A DNA stretch of 58,365 bases, taken from contig JBKPMS010000006.1 in the NCBI GenBank assembly GCA_046732275.1, positions 1 to 58,365 of the forward strand. The letters are read 5' to 3'. Numbering within the stretch: position 1 is the stretch's first letter; every line of letters starts with the position of its first letter. The DNA comes from Actinomycetota bacterium (GTDB lineage Bacteria; Actinomycetota; Thermoleophilia; Gaiellales; Gaiellaceae). Positions 57,093 to 58,365 of this stretch are shown here, piece by piece. The notes below the pieces were generated by a model. That model was not told where the DNA came from and ran no database searches. It was given only the letters and a program-made list of their open reading frames with translations. A program made the translations under genes and the position numbers.

Positions 57093-58365
57093 ATGGAAGC
57101 TTCAGCACGGTCGCTTCGCGGTCGGGCGAGGATGACGGGCGCGGCGGTCGTCGCCGCCGCGGTCGCGGTCCTCGTCCTGGTCGCGCAGTCGGCTCCGGCG
57201 GCGCACGATCGCGCGGCGGCGCCAAAGGCAGGACATGCGTGCGTCGTCGCCACCGGTTCGGGCGACCAGCCGTTTACGCGCAACTTCAACGTCTTCGACG
57301 CAGGCGGCCAGCGCGACTTCACGCGAGGCGGAATCTACGAGAACCTCGTGATCTCGACCGCCTTCGGCGGTGGCCACGTCTACAAGATCCTGGCCAAGAA
57401 GCTCGCCTACTCGCGGGGCGGTCGCACTCTGACGATCACGATCCAACCCAACGTGAAGTGGTCGGACGGCAAGCGGCTGACCGTGCAGGACGTCGTCTAC
57501 AGCCTCACGGCGGGCCGCCAGGACAAGTTCATGGACCACATCAACCTAGTCGGCCAGAACACCAACATCGATTCGATCAAGGCGGCGGGGAAGAACAGGG
57601 TCGCGATCAACTTCAAGGCGGTCGACTCGACGTTCCTCTCGCAGCTCGCGAACGTCTTCATCGTGCCGAAGCGCATCTGGTCGGGAGTCAAGGACGTCGA
57701 GCACTTCACCAATCCGAACCCGGTGGGCACCGGCCCGTTCACCCGGATCACGCGCTTCAACGCGCAGGACTACGTCCTCAGCAAGAACCCGAGGTACTGG
57801 AAGAAGGGCTACCCGAAAGTCCCGTGCATCGAGCGCATCGCGGCTGCGAGCAACGACGCGGCGCTGCTACAGATCGTGCAGGGCCAGGCCGACTGGACGC
57901 ACAACTTCGTCCCGAACGTCGAGAAGGCCTACATCGCGCACGACAAGAAGCACTACCACGCCTCTTATCTCGGCGTCGGCCTGCCGGTCGGCCTCTTCTT
58001 CGACCTGACGAAGTACCCGTACAGCCTGCCGGCATTCCGGAAGGGCGTCAGCCAGGCGATTGACCGCCAGAAGGTCGTCAAGCTCGGCGAGTACGGCTAT
58101 GCACCGGCGGTCAACGCCCTCGGTATAGAGAAGCTCTACGGCAAGTGGCTCGACCCGAAGCTGAAGGCGCAGGCCAAGCGGCTCGCGACGTATTCGCAGG
58201 CTGCCGCGCGCAAGACCTTCACCGACGCCGGTTTCAGGTATCGGGGCGGCGACCTTATCGATCCGAAGGGCGACCGTGTGCGCTTCCAGATGCACGTGAT
58301 CGGCGGCTGGTCGGACTGGGTCGCGTCGCTGCAGATCATCGCGAACAACCTCCAGGACGTCGGCA
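57093..58365 (+). CDS. ABC transporter substrate-binding protein, family 5 (partial; the 3' end runs off the window)
   Basis: This gene is absent from the ORF track because it has no stop in the window. My translation from the ATG at 57093 (AAGGGGAAGGG upstream) reads MEASARSLRGRARMTGAAVVAAAVAVLVLVAQSAPAAHD...TITIQPNVKWSDGKRLTVQDVVYSL...NPVGTGPFT...KNPRYWKKG. This is a Tat-like signal followed by SBP_bac_5 motifs. Confidence 0.85.
   Translation, partial: MEASARSLRGRARMTGAAVVAAAVAVLVLVAQSAPAAHDRAAAPKAGHACVVATGSGDQPFTRNFNVFDAGGQRDFTRGGIYENLVISTAFGGGHVYKILAKKLAYSRGGRTLTITIQPNVKWSDGKRLTVQDVVYSLTAGRQDKFMDHINLVGQNTNIDSIKAAGKNRVAINFKAVDSTFLSQLANVFIVPKRIWSGVKDVEHFTNPNPVGTGPFTRITRFNAQDYVLSKNPRYWKKGYPKVPCIERIAAASNDAALLQIVQGQADWTHNFVPNVEKAYIAHDKKHYHASYLGVGLPVGLFFDLTKYPYSLPAFRKGVSQAIDRQKVVKLGEYGYAPAVNALGIEKLYGKWLDPKLKAQAKRLATYSQAAARKTFTDAGFRYRGGDLIDPKGDRVRFQMHVIGGWSDWVASLQIIANNLQDVG

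Overview
This is a 58.4-kb, very GC-rich window (about 70% by eye, not computed). It looks like core chromosome of a high-GC Gram-positive organism. Actinomycetota is my guess from gene content and leaderless-style promoters; it is not proven. I support about 55 tightly packed protein-coding genes. I recognised no rRNA, tRNA, CRISPR array, transposase, integrase or phage gene.

Gene content, in order:
- A CrtI-like oxidoreductase (partial) and a PLP decarboxylase.
- A dense two-component block: 2 kinases, 3 response regulators and an NTF2-like lipoprotein.
- A secreted HExxH protein and a PAP2/vanadium-haloperoxidase-like protein.
- A 557-aa RTX calcium-binding protein with a 630-bp internal duplication.
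- A convergent ECF sigma / anti-sigma pair.
- A four-gene MFS, methyltransferase, cyclase and APC-permease operon.
- An aquaporin, an orphan 801-aa HerA/FtsK-like ATPase, and a stand-alone TrpB2.
- dinB with a perfect SOS box.
- A livHMGF operon with a convergent binding protein.
- Two tandemly duplicated family-5 solute-binding proteins.
- A LysR regulator.
- A complete trp operon, trpE-G-D-(C/F)-B-[GNAT]-A-[methyltransferase].
- A butyryl/isobutyryl-CoA block: thiolase, Hbd, acyl-CoA dehydrogenase, PduO adenosyltransferase and an IcmA-like mutase.
- A LacI regulator divergent from a third, partial family-5 binding protein.

The best hunt results are:
- An unannotated trp attenuator: a leaderless 21-codon TWAW leader peptide plus an intrinsic terminator.
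- A GNAT gene translationally coupled at both ends between trpB and trpA.
- A mutase 3'-end relic that differs from the live gene only at synonymous sites.
- A structured leader conserved upstream of both duplicated binding-protein genes.
- Several operator-like repeat sets.

I found no clear novel multi-gene system. The candidates are flagged with their limits. Many long Arg/Pro/Ala-rich ORFs in the supplied track are GC-driven shadow frames, and I rejected them.
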